Shown in pieces: positions 37,104 to 46,981 of a stretch of 64,000 nt of DNA. Under the pieces are notes generated by a model. It saw only the letters and a program-made list of their open reading frames with translations. It was not told the origin of the DNA and did not search any database. This DNA comes from Parcubacteria group bacterium LiPW_30 (GTDB lineage Bacteria > Patescibacteriota > Minisyncoccia > Phycocordibacterales > VMEP01): assembly GCA_007375595.1 (NCBI GenBank), contig VMEP01000001.1, forward strand, positions 340,694 to 404,693, given 5' to 3'. Position numbers and translations under genes: made by a program. Each line of letters opens with the position of its first letter. The stretch's first letter is position 1.

Positions 37104-37135
37104 ATAGCTTACGTTTGTGGTCAGGAATAATTTTA
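37104..37135 (+). repeat. right copy of the ~32-nt direct repeat flanking element B
   Basis: see 36877-36912. Confidence 0.6.
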
Positions 37136-37139
37136 TTGC

Positions 37140-37200
37140 CGTCGCAATAAAATTTTCACGACCCTGGCTCGCGATTTTGTCTGCTGACAAAATATCGCTC
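37140..37200 (-). repeat. E2-type repeat element downstream of tRNA-Val
   Basis: cacgaccctggctcgcgattttgtctgctgacaaaatatcgctccgcctcg, homologous to 39360-39425 and 63720-63770. Confidence 0.6.
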
Positions 37201-37210
37201 CGCCTCGCAC

Positions 37211-37245
37211 AAGCTAAAAATCTCCCGCAGGGGAGATTTTTTTGC
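37211..37245. terminator. palindromic terminator after tRNA-Val
   Basis: aaaaatctcccgcaggggagattttttt. Confidence 0.6.
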
Positions 37246-37250
37246 GCTTG

Positions 37251-37323
37251 TGCGCGATAGAGGAGTCGAACCTCTGACCTACCCCACGTCAAGGGGTCGC
37301 TCTACCAACTGAGCTAACCGCGC
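37251..37323 (-). tRNA. tRNA-Val (anticodon GAC)
   Basis: revcomp GCGCGGTTAGCTCAGTTGGTAGAGC..CTTGACG anticodon loop..GGTTCGACTCC..ATCGCGCA. Confidence 0.8.
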
Positions 37324-37457
37324 ATAAAATAAATACAAAATATCCGGCAATACAATCAGGACTAAGTACCAAATTGTACGAGTATAATAGTAGTTTTTTG
37401 GTGATTTGAATAGGGCCAAATTTTCAGCGCCAAATAAACGAAAAAGTTGACCCCGTG

Positions 37458-38597
37458 TTATATTTCGCCATCAACATTATGTATTCTGTGCGGTATTTTG
37501 ATCCGGCGAATCTGATTTTGCATTTTTACTAACACCCAGGCTAAAACTAAAAGAAGAATAAGATTAAAAACCATAGCCAGCCAAGCAGGGAATAGTTTAA
37601 AAAACAAATCGTAGCGTGATACCAGTGGCCAGTGAATCAGGTAAATTTCATAGGCGTAAATGCCGAAAATATGAAAAACCTTAATTTCAAATTTTTTCAT
37701 TATGAAAAAAAGTATTATCGCGCCCATAGTGACGAGACTAATTAATTGCTCTTTCCATGGGTTTTCTCCCACACCAGAATAATATGCCGTATAACCAATT
37801 AAGATTAATAGGGCAATTAAGGTGAGGTAATAGGCAATACTTTTTATAACGTTTAAGCTTTGTGGAAAAATTCTAGATATTTTTATTTTATTAAAATAAT
37901 GTGGTTTAAAAAATAATGAGGCAAGAGCCACACCAAGAGGGAAAGCTAATAAGTGCAATTGATATAAATGCAAAACGTCTTCAGTGATTGGAAGTTTTAA
38001 TTGGATTATGAAATAAGAAGAAAGATAAATAAGAACCGCTGTTAACCAAGGGTACTTTTTGAAAAAAAAGAATGGAAAAACTAGATAATAAAATAATATT
38101 GGGGTAAAAAACCAAAGCGGGGAATTAATATCAATAAATAAGTCGGCTCTTGGGAAAAATCCAATAAGAGATTGAGTTATGTATAGCGAGCCGTAGGAAA
38201 TATGCAGAAGAAAAAAGTCTAGTAGGAAAAATGCGATAACGACAATCCAAAAAGGGATGAATAATTTTAATAAACGTTTTTTGTAAAATTCACCCAGTGG
38301 TAATTTTTCTTTTAGCTCACTAACAGTTAAACCAAACCCGGATAAAAATAAAAATAGATTTACCCCTACACCAGAGATAATCGAGAGGGGAAATAAAAAA
38401 CCATGGTCATTGGAAAGGAAATAACCAATATGGGCAAAAATTACAGACAAAATAGCTAGCCCTTTAAGCTCTTGCGTTAACGCTAGTGAAAATAATTCCT
38501 GATCTTCTTTTCGTTTTATTGAGAGAAGTAACGTAAAAACAAAAATTGCAATGAAGATACTAGTTGATAGAAGCGGATTATTTATAGAAATTGGCAT
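37458..38597 (-). CDS. acyltransferase family 3 (OafA/YrhL-like) integral membrane protein
   Basis: about 10 TM helices; N-terminal LKGLAILSVIFAHIGYFL typical of Acyl_transf_3. Confidence 0.5.
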   Translation of the reverse strand: MPISINNPLLSTSIFIAIFVFTLLLSIKRKEDQELFSLALTQELKGLAILSVIFAHIGYFLSNDHGFLFPLSIISGVGVNLFLFLSGFGLTVSELKEKLPLGEFYKKRLLKLFIPFWIVVIAFFLLDFFLLHISYGSLYITQSLIGFFPRADLFIDINSPLWFFTPILFYYLVFPFFFFKKYPWLTAVLIYLSSYFIIQLKLPITEDVLHLYQLHLLAFPLGVALASLFFKPHYFNKIKISRIFPQSLNVIKSIAYYLTLIALLILIGYTAYYSGVGENPWKEQLISLVTMGAIILFFIMKKFEIKVFHIFGIYAYEIYLIHWPLVSRYDLFFKLFPAWLAMVFNLILLLVLAWVLVKMQNQIRRIKIPHRIHNVDGEI

Positions 38598-38719
38598 AAA
38601 TTATTTTTGCCTGTAGTCTACACCTATTCAAGGTCGTCTTTGCGAATCGTTGCAGGCTACGTGGGTTAAGTACCATGGTGGTGATACGTCACAAGGATAA
38701 TTTGGCGGACTTTCGAAGC

Positions 38720-39313
38720 TCAGTTTGAAGCACTCGGGTCGTTGGTTAAAATCTGAATTGATGTCTCCCACGCTTCGTCTGGAGTCTCGAATACTGGATA
38801 TCCGTATTTATTTGATTCTTCCTTATAGCGCGGTCGTTCGCCATTGAAAAACGCATCTGATTCTAATTTCTGCAATTCTTCTGAAGCGCCCCAACGGGGT
38901 TCCTTCATGTTTCTCTCCAGTGTCTCTTCGAAAGACCGTCCGATTATTGCAATACCCGGAATACCCAAGTCTTTATGTGCTAAATGCGGAAGTATGTTCA
39001 CGCCCTCAAAAATAATTGGACGTACCTCGTTGGCATATTGAGCAAGTCCCGCAAGGATTCCTGGCCAGAATCCCTCAGACTGTGTCACAAGATTCTTCCA
39101 TTGTTCGTCGTAATTGGTGGTTGTGTAGTATGTGTATTCATCCTGATCGAGGTAATAGTTTACCCACTTCTTCCAGTGTTCATCTTTCGCCAAATCCTCG
39201 CGCATATCATCAATTGACACGCAAATACCTCCAACTTCTTCGGCGAGCCTCTTGCCTAGGTACGACTTTCCTGCGGTCGGAATTCCTGTGATGAATAATC
39301 GTTGTTTGTTCAT
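38720..39313 (-). CDS. P-loop NTPase / small kinase-like protein
   Basis: Walker A GIPTAGKSYLGKRLA near the N-terminus. Confidence 0.5.
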   Translation of the reverse strand: MNKQRLFITGIPTAGKSYLGKRLAEEVGGICVSIDDMREDLAKDEHWKKWVNYYLDQDEYTYYTTTNYDEQWKNLVTQSEGFWPGILAGLAQYANEVRPIIFEGVNILPHLAHKDLGIPGIAIIGRSFEETLERNMKEPRWGASEELQKLESDAFFNGERPRYKEESNKYGYPVFETPDEAWETSIQILTNDPSASN

Positions 39314-39351
39314 ATTTTAGGTACTCGGGTCTACCTTATACTAAGTTCTCG

Positions 39352-39496
39352 GTGCGGAGATGGGAGGAATTTCTCCCTCGGCTAAATTTTTGTCGCCACA
39401 AAAATTTGCCTAGGCACCAGCTCGTCATTTTGTCTGCTGACAAAATAAGACTCCGCTGTTCGAATCCTCACGCAAGTGAAGCAGTTCACTTGCTCC
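39352..39496 (-). repeat. E2-type repeat element downstream of tRNA-Ser, ending in a 16-nt direct copy of the tRNA-Ser 3' end
   Basis: tgcggagatgggagga at 39352-39367 equals 39531-39546; interior hairpin attttgtctgctgacaaaat; inverted partial T-loop copy gttcgaatcctc at 39440-39452. Confidence 0.65.
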
Positions 39497-39530
39497 ACTC
39501 CACAAATAAAAAACTGCTGGTTTTTTATTT
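39497..39530. terminator. palindromic terminator after tRNA-Ser with a TGCTG loop
   Basis: caaataaaaaactgctggttttttatttg. Confidence 0.55.
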
Positions 39531-39531
39531 G

Positions 39532-39618
39532 CGGAGATGGGAGGATTCGAACCTCCGATGAGGTTACCCCCATGCCTGATTTCGAGTCAGGTGCCTTCAA
39601 CCGCTCAGCCACATCTCC
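39532..39618 (-). tRNA. tRNA-Ser (anticodon CGA), class II with long variable arm
   Basis: revcomp GGAGATGTGGCTGAGCGGTTGAAGGC..CTCGAAA anticodon loop..long variable arm..GGTTCGAATCCTCCCATCTCCG. Confidence 0.8.
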
Positions 39619-39747
39619 AATATTTGAGTGGCTTGAATGATAACGTTTTTTTGCATTTTTAGCAAAAAATGTTATGATTTCACGGTGTTTTTGGCTAAAA
39701 CAATTTCTTATGAAATTGTTCGCCCGACCAAGCAAAGCTTGGATTAG

Positions 39748-39819
39748 GGCCCTATCGTCTAACGGTTAGGACACAAGCTTTTCAAGCTTGGAACCAGGGT
39801 TCGATTCCCTGTAGGGTCA
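39748..39819 (+). tRNA. tRNA-Glu (anticodon TTC)
   Basis: GGCCCTATCGTCTAACGGTTAGGAC..CAAGCTTTTCAAGCTTG..GGTTCGATTCCCTGTAGGGTCA. Confidence 0.8.
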
Positions 39820-39882
39820 CAAAAATTTGCGGAAGCATAATTTTTTATGATTTTTAAAAGTGACAAATTCACTTTGTAAAAA

Positions 39883-39968
39883 ATCGAAAACCGGAGCGCG
39901 ACGGCGCGAGGTGGGGTCGAGCAAATTTCTAGCAAGAAATTATGCGTGACCGATTCCCTGTAGGGTCA
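39883..39968 (+). repeat. tRNA-3'-end-associated repeat element, short form (copy S2), ending in an 18-nt direct copy of the tRNA-Glu 3' end
   Basis: atcgaaaaccggagcgcgacggcgcgaggtggggtcgagcaaatttctagcaagaaattatgcgtgac + cgattccctgtagggtca (= 39802-39819). Confidence 0.7.
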
Positions 39969-40188
39969 TTCGGTTTTCAGTAAAGGTTAGTTGTTTCGAT
40001 TTATCCCCCATCTCCGCTAAGATTAAAACATGAAAAATTTTTCATTTTCTAACGTAACAGTATTCATAATCTTTTTCGGAATAGCTTTAATTGAGGCGAT
40101 TCAGAAAGATAATTGGCTAGAAGCGTTTCTTTTTCTTGCATTAGGGGCAATGTCTCTCTGGGCTGATTTTCAGAAAAAATAATTATTT

Positions 40189-40599
40189 ATGAAAATATTC
40201 ATTGTTTGTAGTAAACATTTTTATCATCTGGTTCCACCAATCAAAGAGGCTCTTGAAAAAGATGGGCATGTAATAACCGTTCCTAATAGTTATGACGAGC
40301 CTTTTAAAGAAGAAGAGATGAAGAAAATAGGGAAGGAAGAACACAGAGAGTGGAAAGCGGGGATGATCCATCTTCAATCGGAAAAGGTAAAAAATAATGA
40401 CGCTGTTCTTGTTCTTAATTTTGAAAAAAATGGACAGAGAAATTATATCGGCGGAGCAACCTTTTTAGAGATATTTAGAGCATTTGATTCGGGTAAGAAA
40501 ATTTTTCTCTACAACCAAATTCCACAGAACATTTTTGAAGACGAGTTAACGGGAATGGGTCCCGTTATGATTGGAGGAGATTTATCACTGATACAATGA
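40189..40599 (+). CDS. hypothetical protein (Rossmann-like; possibly nucleoside 2-deoxyribosyltransferase-like)
   Basis: MKIFIVCS..N-terminal beta-strand, DAVLVLNF, YIGGATFLE pattern; weak. Confidence 0.3.
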   Translation: MKIFIVCSKHFYHLVPPIKEALEKDGHVITVPNSYDEPFKEEEMKKIGKEEHREWKAGMIHLQSEKVKNNDAVLVLNFEKNGQRNYIGGATFLEIFRAFDSGKKIFLYNQIPQNIFEDELTGMGPVMIGGDLSLIQ

Positions 40600-40847
40600 A
40601 ACCTTTTACTAAAAAAGTTTTTGGGGTGGTTTCTAAAATTCCAAAAGGTAAAACTTTAACTTATAAGGAAGTAGCAAAGAGGGCAGGGAATGAAAAGGCT
40701 TGTCGGGCGGTTGGAAATATTTTAAACAAAAACTATAACCCAAAAATACCATGTCATCGCGTAGTGCGAAGCGATGGAAAGATTGGTGGATATAATCGTG
40801 GAGTAAAAATAAAACTTGAAATGTTGAAAAAAGAAAAAGCCCGCTAA
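40596..40847 (+). CDS. methylated-DNA-protein-cysteine methyltransferase DNA-binding domain protein (Ogt C-terminal domain, stand-alone)
   Basis: active-site IPCHRVV (PCHRV) motif; about 83 aa. Confidence 0.75.
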   Translation: MKPFTKKVFGVVSKIPKGKTLTYKEVAKRAGNEKACRAVGNILNKNYNPKIPCHRVVRSDGKIGGYNRGVKIKLEMLKKEKAR

Positions 40848-40860
40848 CAGCGGGCTTTTT
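40828..40860. terminator. bidirectional terminator
   Basis: aaaaagcccgctaacagcgggctttttc. Confidence 0.65.
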
Positions 40861-40881
40861 CTTTTAAAATTACTTTTTAAA

Positions 40882-42696
40882 CTAAAATGCAACAATCTGG
40901 TGTTTGACCAAATTTTTGTACGGTTCACACCTCTTCATTAGAGCAGAGTGTTTGCCAGTGTCGACAACAGTGCCTCCATCCATCACGATAATTTTGTCAG
41001 CGTCTTTAATGGTGGAGAAACGATGGGCAATTATAATACCGGTGCGTCCAGTAAGAGCCTCTTTCATTGCTTCGTGGATTAAGGACTCGTTTTCGGCGTC
41101 TAGGTTAGAAGTTGCTTCATCGAAAATTAATATTTCCGGATGTTTTAAGAGAGCCCGCGCAATGCCGACTCTTTGGCGTTCACCACCAGAAAGCTTAATA
41201 CCGTTTTCGCCGATTAATGTATCAAACCGTTTTTCACCCAAGCGTTCATAGAATTGGTCGATACGGGTTTTTCTCGAAATTTCATCTAGTTCTTCCTCTG
41301 TTATATCTTGTGGGTTCTTAACACCAAATGTCATGTTATATCGCAGAGTATTGTCGAAAATTTCAACGACCTGTGGGACGAAACCTGCTTTGTGTATATA
41401 ACTATCCATATCAAGGTCACGGAGGTTGATATCGTCAACAAAAATACCACCTTCATCGGGGTCATATCCCCGGAAAAGAAGATTAACAATTGTAGTCTTT
41501 CCGGCACCAGAAGAACCGACGATTGCGACTGTTTCACCTTTATTTATTGTGAAGGTGATATCTTTTAGAACCTCTTTGCTTACGTCGTTATTTTCTTCGT
41601 CGCCTAGATCAGATTCTTCAGCTTTTCCGCTATCTGTAGTTAAGATAGGGTAGGTGAATGAAACATTTCTGAATTCAATTTTACCGCCTATTTTGGGGAG
41701 GACTATTGGGTTTAAGGGCTCTTTTACAGACGGTTCACGCGAAAGCATTTCGCGGAGTTTGTTGATATCGGTAAGTTGTAGAATCATGTTTCTTTGTATC
41801 CAACCCAAGCTACCAACATTACCAAAAACACTTCCCATCCACCCAACAAGCATTACAATTTTTCCAGGAGATTCAACTCCAGTTGAAACGAGCCACACTC
41901 CGGCAATTAAAGCGGAAACTTGACCAATAGAGACTAGCGTATCTCTTTTGTAATAAGCGCCGATGTATTCCGTCCACATTGATTTTGTTGGTGTTGTAAC
42001 GTTGTCCCAATGTTCACGGTATTCTCGGATCATTTCTTTTTCTTTTCCGGACATTTTTATAAGCTTAATGTTGCGGAGAATCTCGCTGAAATGTTTTGAT
42101 TGGTCATTCCATCGCTTGCGGTCTTCTGCGAATCTTGGATAGAAAACGACATTAAATCGGAATTGTATGAAGAGATAAATAACGGTGAATATTAAAACAA
42201 TAACTCCAAGTGTCCAGTTAACGAAGATAATTGCAATAGAAGCGAAAATTATTTGTGTTAAAAATGGAAGTAGGGAGTAGATAAAGATGTTTAAGAAATT
42301 TCCCAGAGCTGAAACTCCTCGGTTTATTACCGTGGACCTTAGTCCAGAGTTTTCATTAATGTGTTGTCCTAGCGAAAATCCAAAAAGTTTTTCGAGAATT
42401 TTCTCAGTGGCAACAGCTTGGAGGTCAAAGTTGAGATGCTTTACCTCATATTTTTCACGAGTGTAATTGATTACGTTTGAAGTAAGGTAAACTACAAGAA
42501 TAATAAGTCCTAAATAAAACGAATCAATAAATGGAGTTTTTGACGCAAGGTTGTCGAATATCCTACCTTGGAAGTAGGGAAGAGAGAGGAACATCAGTTG
42601 TCCAACTGTGAGCATTGCGAAAATTACCGTCGCCTTACTAATGAAGGGTTTGTAGTTTTCGTAGGCTATTTTTAAAAACTCCTTGGTCTTTTTCAT
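40882..42696 (-). CDS. ABC exporter, fused permease/ATP-binding subunit
   Basis: 6-TM domain, then Walker A GSSGAGKTT, signature LSGGERQRVGIARAL, Walker B ILIFDEATSNLD; start could be 42735. Confidence 0.85.
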   Translation of the reverse strand: MKKTKEFLKIAYENYKPFISKATVIFAMLTVGQLMFLSLPYFQGRIFDNLASKTPFIDSFYLGLIILVVYLTSNVINYTREKYEVKHLNFDLQAVATEKILEKLFGFSLGQHINENSGLRSTVINRGVSALGNFLNIFIYSLLPFLTQIIFASIAIIFVNWTLGVIVLIFTVIYLFIQFRFNVVFYPRFAEDRKRWNDQSKHFSEILRNIKLIKMSGKEKEMIREYREHWDNVTTPTKSMWTEYIGAYYKRDTLVSIGQVSALIAGVWLVSTGVESPGKIVMLVGWMGSVFGNVGSLGWIQRNMILQLTDINKLREMLSREPSVKEPLNPIVLPKIGGKIEFRNVSFTYPILTTDSGKAEESDLGDEENNDVSKEVLKDITFTINKGETVAIVGSSGAGKTTIVNLLFRGYDPDEGGIFVDDINLRDLDMDSYIHKAGFVPQVVEIFDNTLRYNMTFGVKNPQDITEEELDEISRKTRIDQFYERLGEKRFDTLIGENGIKLSGGERQRVGIARALLKHPEILIFDEATSNLDAENESLIHEAMKEALTGRTGIIIAHRFSTIKDADKIIVMDGGTVVDTGKHSALMKRCEPYKNLVKHQIVAF

Positions 42697-42793
42697 ATAT
42701 TTTCTCTGCGTATCTGGAAACAAAAAAATCCCCAAATACGGCGGTATTTACATAATAGCATATTTATTGGCTTATTAAAAACCAATAATGACC

Positions 42794-43735
42794 TTAGTTT
42801 TTTCCGTGGAGGTAGATATAAATATCTTCTAATGCTTTAACAGCATCACCTGCGGCGATATTGTTTTGGTGATACAAACCGTCGGTAACATCTCCAGCTG
42901 CCCAGATACCTAAAGTTTTTGTGCGTTGGTTTTTAGGGTCAACAACAATATTTTTACGTTCGTTTAGTTCAACAAGTCCATCTACTAATTCGGTATTTGG
43001 CACTTGTCCGATTTCGACAAAGATTCCGTCAGTTTTCATTGTGTGTTCTTCTCCGGTTTTTATATCACGATAGGTTAGTGATTCTGCAAAATCGTTTCCA
43101 TCAACACGGATAGTTTCAGCGTTTGAAATTACTTTTGTTTTTTCATTTTTTAAAACGGCCTCTACTGTCCCAGGATCAGCTTTATTGAAATCGTTTCCAC
43201 GGTTTAACAAGGTGACACTTTTACAATATGCGAGAAGTTGAGCCGCTGACTCAAATCCAGCATTTCCGGCGCCAATAACAATTACATCTTTGTCGGCATA
43301 AAGAGGTCCGTCACAAGAAGCACAGTAGGTAATACCTTTGTGTTCAAACTTGTCGGCATTTATAGCTTCTAGTTTTCTTCTTGCGCTACCTGTTGTAATA
43401 AGAACAGCGCGCCCTGAAAAATTTTTACCACTTGATGTTTTTATGGAAAAATTTTCTCCATCTTTTTCTATTTTAACGATATCTTCACCATCTTTTAGTT
43501 CAAGGACATCATCGGCATAAGCTTTTAAATGTTTTTTAAAACTTTCCGCAAGTTCAATTCCAGAGATTGAAGGTGTCCCTATCCAGTTGTGAATATCAGG
43601 AGAAACAACCGATTGACCGCCGAAGTCATTTGTCAGGAGGAGTGTTTTTAAACGCTTGCGCGCTGCATAAATACCAGCAGCACTTCCTGCTGGACCACCG
43701 CCTATTATAACGAGGTCATAAGAAGAAGGTGTCAT
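42794..43735 (-). CDS. trxB: thioredoxin-disulfide reductase
   Basis: FAD motif YDLVIIGGGPAGSAAGIYAAR; redox CASCDG; NADPH-binding GAGNAG. Confidence 0.85.
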   Translation of the reverse strand: MTPSSYDLVIIGGGPAGSAAGIYAARKRLKTLLLTNDFGGQSVVSPDIHNWIGTPSISGIELAESFKKHLKAYADDVLELKDGEDIVKIEKDGENFSIKTSSGKNFSGRAVLITTGSARRKLEAINADKFEHKGITYCASCDGPLYADKDVIVIGAGNAGFESAAQLLAYCKSVTLLNRGNDFNKADPGTVEAVLKNEKTKVISNAETIRVDGNDFAESLTYRDIKTGEEHTMKTDGIFVEIGQVPNTELVDGLVELNERKNIVVDPKNQRTKTLGIWAAGDVTDGLYHQNNIAAGDAVKALEDIYIYLHGKN

Positions 43736-43738
43736 TAA

Positions 43739-44917
43739 TTATTTTTGTTTTGAACGTCGCAAGAAAGCTGGAACAGCACCCCAATCATCATCGTCGTCTT
43801 TTTCTTCTTTTTTCACTTCCTTCTGGTCTTTGGTGTCTTTTGGTTGTTCTGTTTTTACAGGTTCGTTTGTGATATTTGCAACAGGAGAACTAACTGTTGG
43901 TGCTCCTTCTTTTTTCTCGTCTTTTGGAGAGAACTGAAAGAGAGATGGTTTTCTTGGTAGGGCTGTTGGGAAGCCTGTTGCAATAACAGTGATTCTTACC
44001 TCGTCTTTCTTTAGTCTTTCGTCGCGAATTGCACCGAAGATAACCTTAGCGTCTTTGTCGATTGATTCAGTAATGACTTTTGCTGCTTCCTGAACTTCAT
44101 GCATTGTTAGGTCATCTCCTCCAGCGATAGCAAACAAAACACCCTTCGCTCCCTCAATAGAGATTTCAAGAAGAGGGGAGTTAATCGCGGCAACAGCTGC
44201 TTTTTCGGCGCGCTTTTCACCTGTTGCTCGTCCGATACCCATAAGTGCTGAACCAGCGTCTGCCATAACTGCACGAATATCAGCGAAGTCGACGTTGATG
44301 ATTCCAGGAATAGTGATGAGCTCAGAAATCCCTTCAACGGCTTGACGTAATATCTCATCACACATAGCGAAAGAGTCCTTAAGGCTTGTGTCTTTTCCAA
44401 CAGCGGCGAGTAAGCGATCATTTGGAACAACAATAAGGGCATCAACTTCTTTTTCAAGTTCTTCAAGACCTTTTTCCGCTAAACGCATTCTTTGGTTTCC
44501 TTCAAAAAAGAATGGCTTGGTCACAACGCCAACAGTAAGTATTCCTTGTTCTTTAGCAATTTTAGCAACAATAGGGGAAGCACCGGTTCCTGTTCCACCA
44601 CCCATACCACAAGCAATGAAAACCATATCAGCGCCTTTTATGGAATCAACAATTTCATCTTTTGTCTCTTCGGCCGCGCGTTTACCAACTTCTGGGTTCA
44701 TTCCAGATCCGAGTCCTTTGGTTAGATTTTTACCGATATGAATTTTTTTAGGAGCGAGAGAGTAATGAAGGTCTTGAGTATCCGTGTTCATCGCCACGAA
44801 ATCAACTCCTTTAACTTTTGAGTTAATCATGTGATTTAGGGCATTGTTACCCGAACCACCGACACCTAAAACTTTAATTCTGGCGAATGCTTCTATTACT
44901 GGATTTATTTTTGGCAT
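43739..44917 (-). CDS. ftsZ: cell division protein FtsZ
   Basis: tubulin signature GMGGGTGTGASP; acidic/basic C-terminal tail. Confidence 0.9.
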   Translation of the reverse strand: MPKINPVIEAFARIKVLGVGGSGNNALNHMINSKVKGVDFVAMNTDTQDLHYSLAPKKIHIGKNLTKGLGSGMNPEVGKRAAEETKDEIVDSIKGADMVFIACGMGGGTGTGASPIVAKIAKEQGILTVGVVTKPFFFEGNQRMRLAEKGLEELEKEVDALIVVPNDRLLAAVGKDTSLKDSFAMCDEILRQAVEGISELITIPGIINVDFADIRAVMADAGSALMGIGRATGEKRAEKAAVAAINSPLLEISIEGAKGVLFAIAGGDDLTMHEVQEAAKVITESIDKDAKVIFGAIRDERLKKDEVRITVIATGFPTALPRKPSLFQFSPKDEKKEGAPTVSSPVANITNEPVKTEQPKDTKDQKEVKKEEKDDDDDWGAVPAFLRRSKQK

Positions 44918-45073
44918 ATTTTTTCTTTAAGGTCTTTCTGGGACCCTCCCTAATTGCTTATTAAAAGTTTTATCATCATAACAGATAAATCTTAAAAAAA
45001 GAAAGGCTGTTTTTTGGCCATTATTCTTAAAAACACGCATAAAAATGTGAAAACAGCAGTGTTCCTTGGCGGT

Positions 45074-46234
45074 TTATGGCAAAAGGCTTTTTATGAAATC
45101 TTTTGCGCTAGAAGAAATATCACCCCACATACTAACCTCTTTTTCGTGGTCATCCTTTCCAAGTACACATAGTCCATAGGAAACAAACCAAGTAGAATCG
45201 AGCATTCTTGGTTTACCAGAGCTCATGTCTACAACTTCCTTTCCAATAACCTTAACAGGAAGAGCAAGGGATGCTCTCGCTAAATCTTCAACCGTTGCGA
45301 TACCAGAGCCACCTCCTGTGATAAAGATACCAGCGGGCAAAAGCCCACTTCGTCCGATTTTTTTGAGATGATTATCAATTAGTTCAAAGATGTCGGTTAG
45401 ACGAGCTTCGATAATTTCTTCAAGACGCTTACGTGGATATTGTTCTCGTTTATCACCACGTTTGATAACTTCAGCTTCTTCAAGTGATACGCGTAAACCT
45501 AAAGCAATGTCGCTTGTTATATCAGTTGAGCCAATTTGGAAAACATGGAGCGAGATTGGAACATCGTTTTCAAAAACTATTAAAGAAACTGTTTCTGCTC
45601 CAATGTTTACGATTGCGCAACCAACTGTTTTTTGTCTTTTGTTGACGGCAACATAACTTGCGGCAAGTGGGGAAGCGACCACTTCAATAACTTGGATGCC
45701 AGCATCCTCAACAGCCGAAACCATGTCTTCCATGTGTTGTTTTAAACAAGTAATGAAAAGTGTTTTTACTTCAAGCTTCAATCCTTTCATCCCCACCGCT
45801 CGGCCGTGTACGTCTTTCCCATCAATTTTAAAACCAACTGGAATTGTTTGTATTATTTTTTTGTTATTTAATGCCCCTAAGTTTTTTCTACTTTCATCAA
45901 GTGCCTTAGTGATATCACCCTCGGAAACCTCACTGTCTCCTCGCGATATTACGGCGCTACCAGAAGATAATGTTGAATCAAGACTAATCCCACCCAAAGA
46001 CAAAAACGCCCTCTTAATAGTGATATGAGAATTTTTTTCTGCTTCTTTTATTGCTTTTTCAATAGATTTTGTCGCTTCTTCTGGTTGGATAATATAACCA
46101 TGTCTTAATCCGCGAGACTCAGCGACCCCCGTTCCGATTATTCTTGGTATTTCTACGTTAGGAAAACACTCCGCGACTACAACGCGGACAAGAGAAGTTC
46201 CAACATCAATGCCAACAACTATTTTTCTCGCCAT
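45074..46234 (-). CDS. ftsA: cell division protein FtsA
   Basis: actin-fold phosphate-1 VGIDVGTSLVRVVVAE; immediately upstream of ftsZ. Confidence 0.85.
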   Translation of the reverse strand: MARKIVVGIDVGTSLVRVVVAECFPNVEIPRIIGTGVAESRGLRHGYIIQPEEATKSIEKAIKEAEKNSHITIKRAFLSLGGISLDSTLSSGSAVISRGDSEVSEGDITKALDESRKNLGALNNKKIIQTIPVGFKIDGKDVHGRAVGMKGLKLEVKTLFITCLKQHMEDMVSAVEDAGIQVIEVVASPLAASYVAVNKRQKTVGCAIVNIGAETVSLIVFENDVPISLHVFQIGSTDITSDIALGLRVSLEEAEVIKRGDKREQYPRKRLEEIIEARLTDIFELIDNHLKKIGRSGLLPAGIFITGGGSGIATVEDLARASLALPVKVIGKEVVDMSSGKPRMLDSTWFVSYGLCVLGKDDHEKEVSMWGDISSSAKDFIKSLLP

Positions 46235-46291
46235 GAGCTTAAAAATTAAGCAGTGAGAGATTAAATAATATGAGCTTTCCTTAGTTGTTAA

Positions 46292-46690
46292 TTAAAGCAA
46301 ACCGAATTTTTTCATCACCGCCCTTTCTTTAGCTTCCATTGTACTACTATGATCCATTCCTTTCAAATGAAGCATGGCGTGGATAACTAGATGGCCGACA
46401 AAATTTAGATAACTTTTTTTAAAAAGGGGAGCATCTTTACGAGCAGTTTTTAGAGAGATGATTATTTCTCCATCATTTTTATCATAAGCAAACGAGAGAA
46501 CATTCGTTGGTTTATTTTTATTGCGATGTTTTTTATTTAATTCTTGCGATTTGGTTGGGCTAACAAAAACAATAGAAAGATTGTAATTTTTTCCTAGAAC
46601 TAAATTTTTTAATGCCACAAAAGGCAAGCTTGGGAGCTTGCCTTTTGTTTGCCTTATTATTGAAATATTATTTTCCTCTATGATTTTCAC
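46292..46690 (-). CDS. ybeY: rRNA maturation endoribonuclease YbeY
   Basis: HxxxHxxGxxH zinc motif as HLVIHAMLHLKGMDH. Confidence 0.75.
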   Translation of the reverse strand: MKIIEENNISIIRQTKGKLPSLPFVALKNLVLGKNYNLSIVFVSPTKSQELNKKHRNKNKPTNVLSFAYDKNDGEIIISLKTARKDAPLFKKSYLNFVGHLVIHAMLHLKGMDHSSTMEAKERAVMKKFGLL

Positions 46691-46935
46691 CTGTATGATC
46701 GCTTCTTTTTTTCAGGTAATTTACCAAGTTTTTTTAGTCTTTCGTATTCAGCTCGGCGTCCAATTACCACTAAAGCGCTTCTTTTCTTTCCCAGTTTTGT
46801 TTTTTCACGTTGGCGGTATCTTAGGCTTCTAACTCTTCGTAAAACGCCAGATTCCTGGACACGCTTAGTAAAGCGACGCAAAAGATTTGTGCCGTTTTCG
46901 TTATTATTCTTAGTGACTTCAACGTTTACTCCCAT
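46687..46935 (-). CDS. rpsU: 30S ribosomal protein S21
   Basis: LLRRFTKRVQESGVLRRVR..YRQREKTKLGKKRSA parallels S21 [29 protein letters not shown]. Confidence 0.6.
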   Translation of the reverse strand: MGVNVEVTKNNNENGTNLLRRFTKRVQESGVLRRVRSLRYRQREKTKLGKKRSALVVIGRRAEYERLKKLGKLPEKKKRSYR

Positions 46936-46981
46936 GAAGGCAAATCCTATCACATAGGATGAAAGTGAGCAAGGCTTTAAA

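Noticed and set aside
39352-39373. Possibility that the direct copy of the tRNA-Ser 3' end is a second tRNA or pseudo-tRNA
   Set aside because: Only 16 nt match (T-loop 3' half plus acceptor strand). No D-arm or anticodon arm upstream. Behaves as an att-like repeat, not a tRNA gene.
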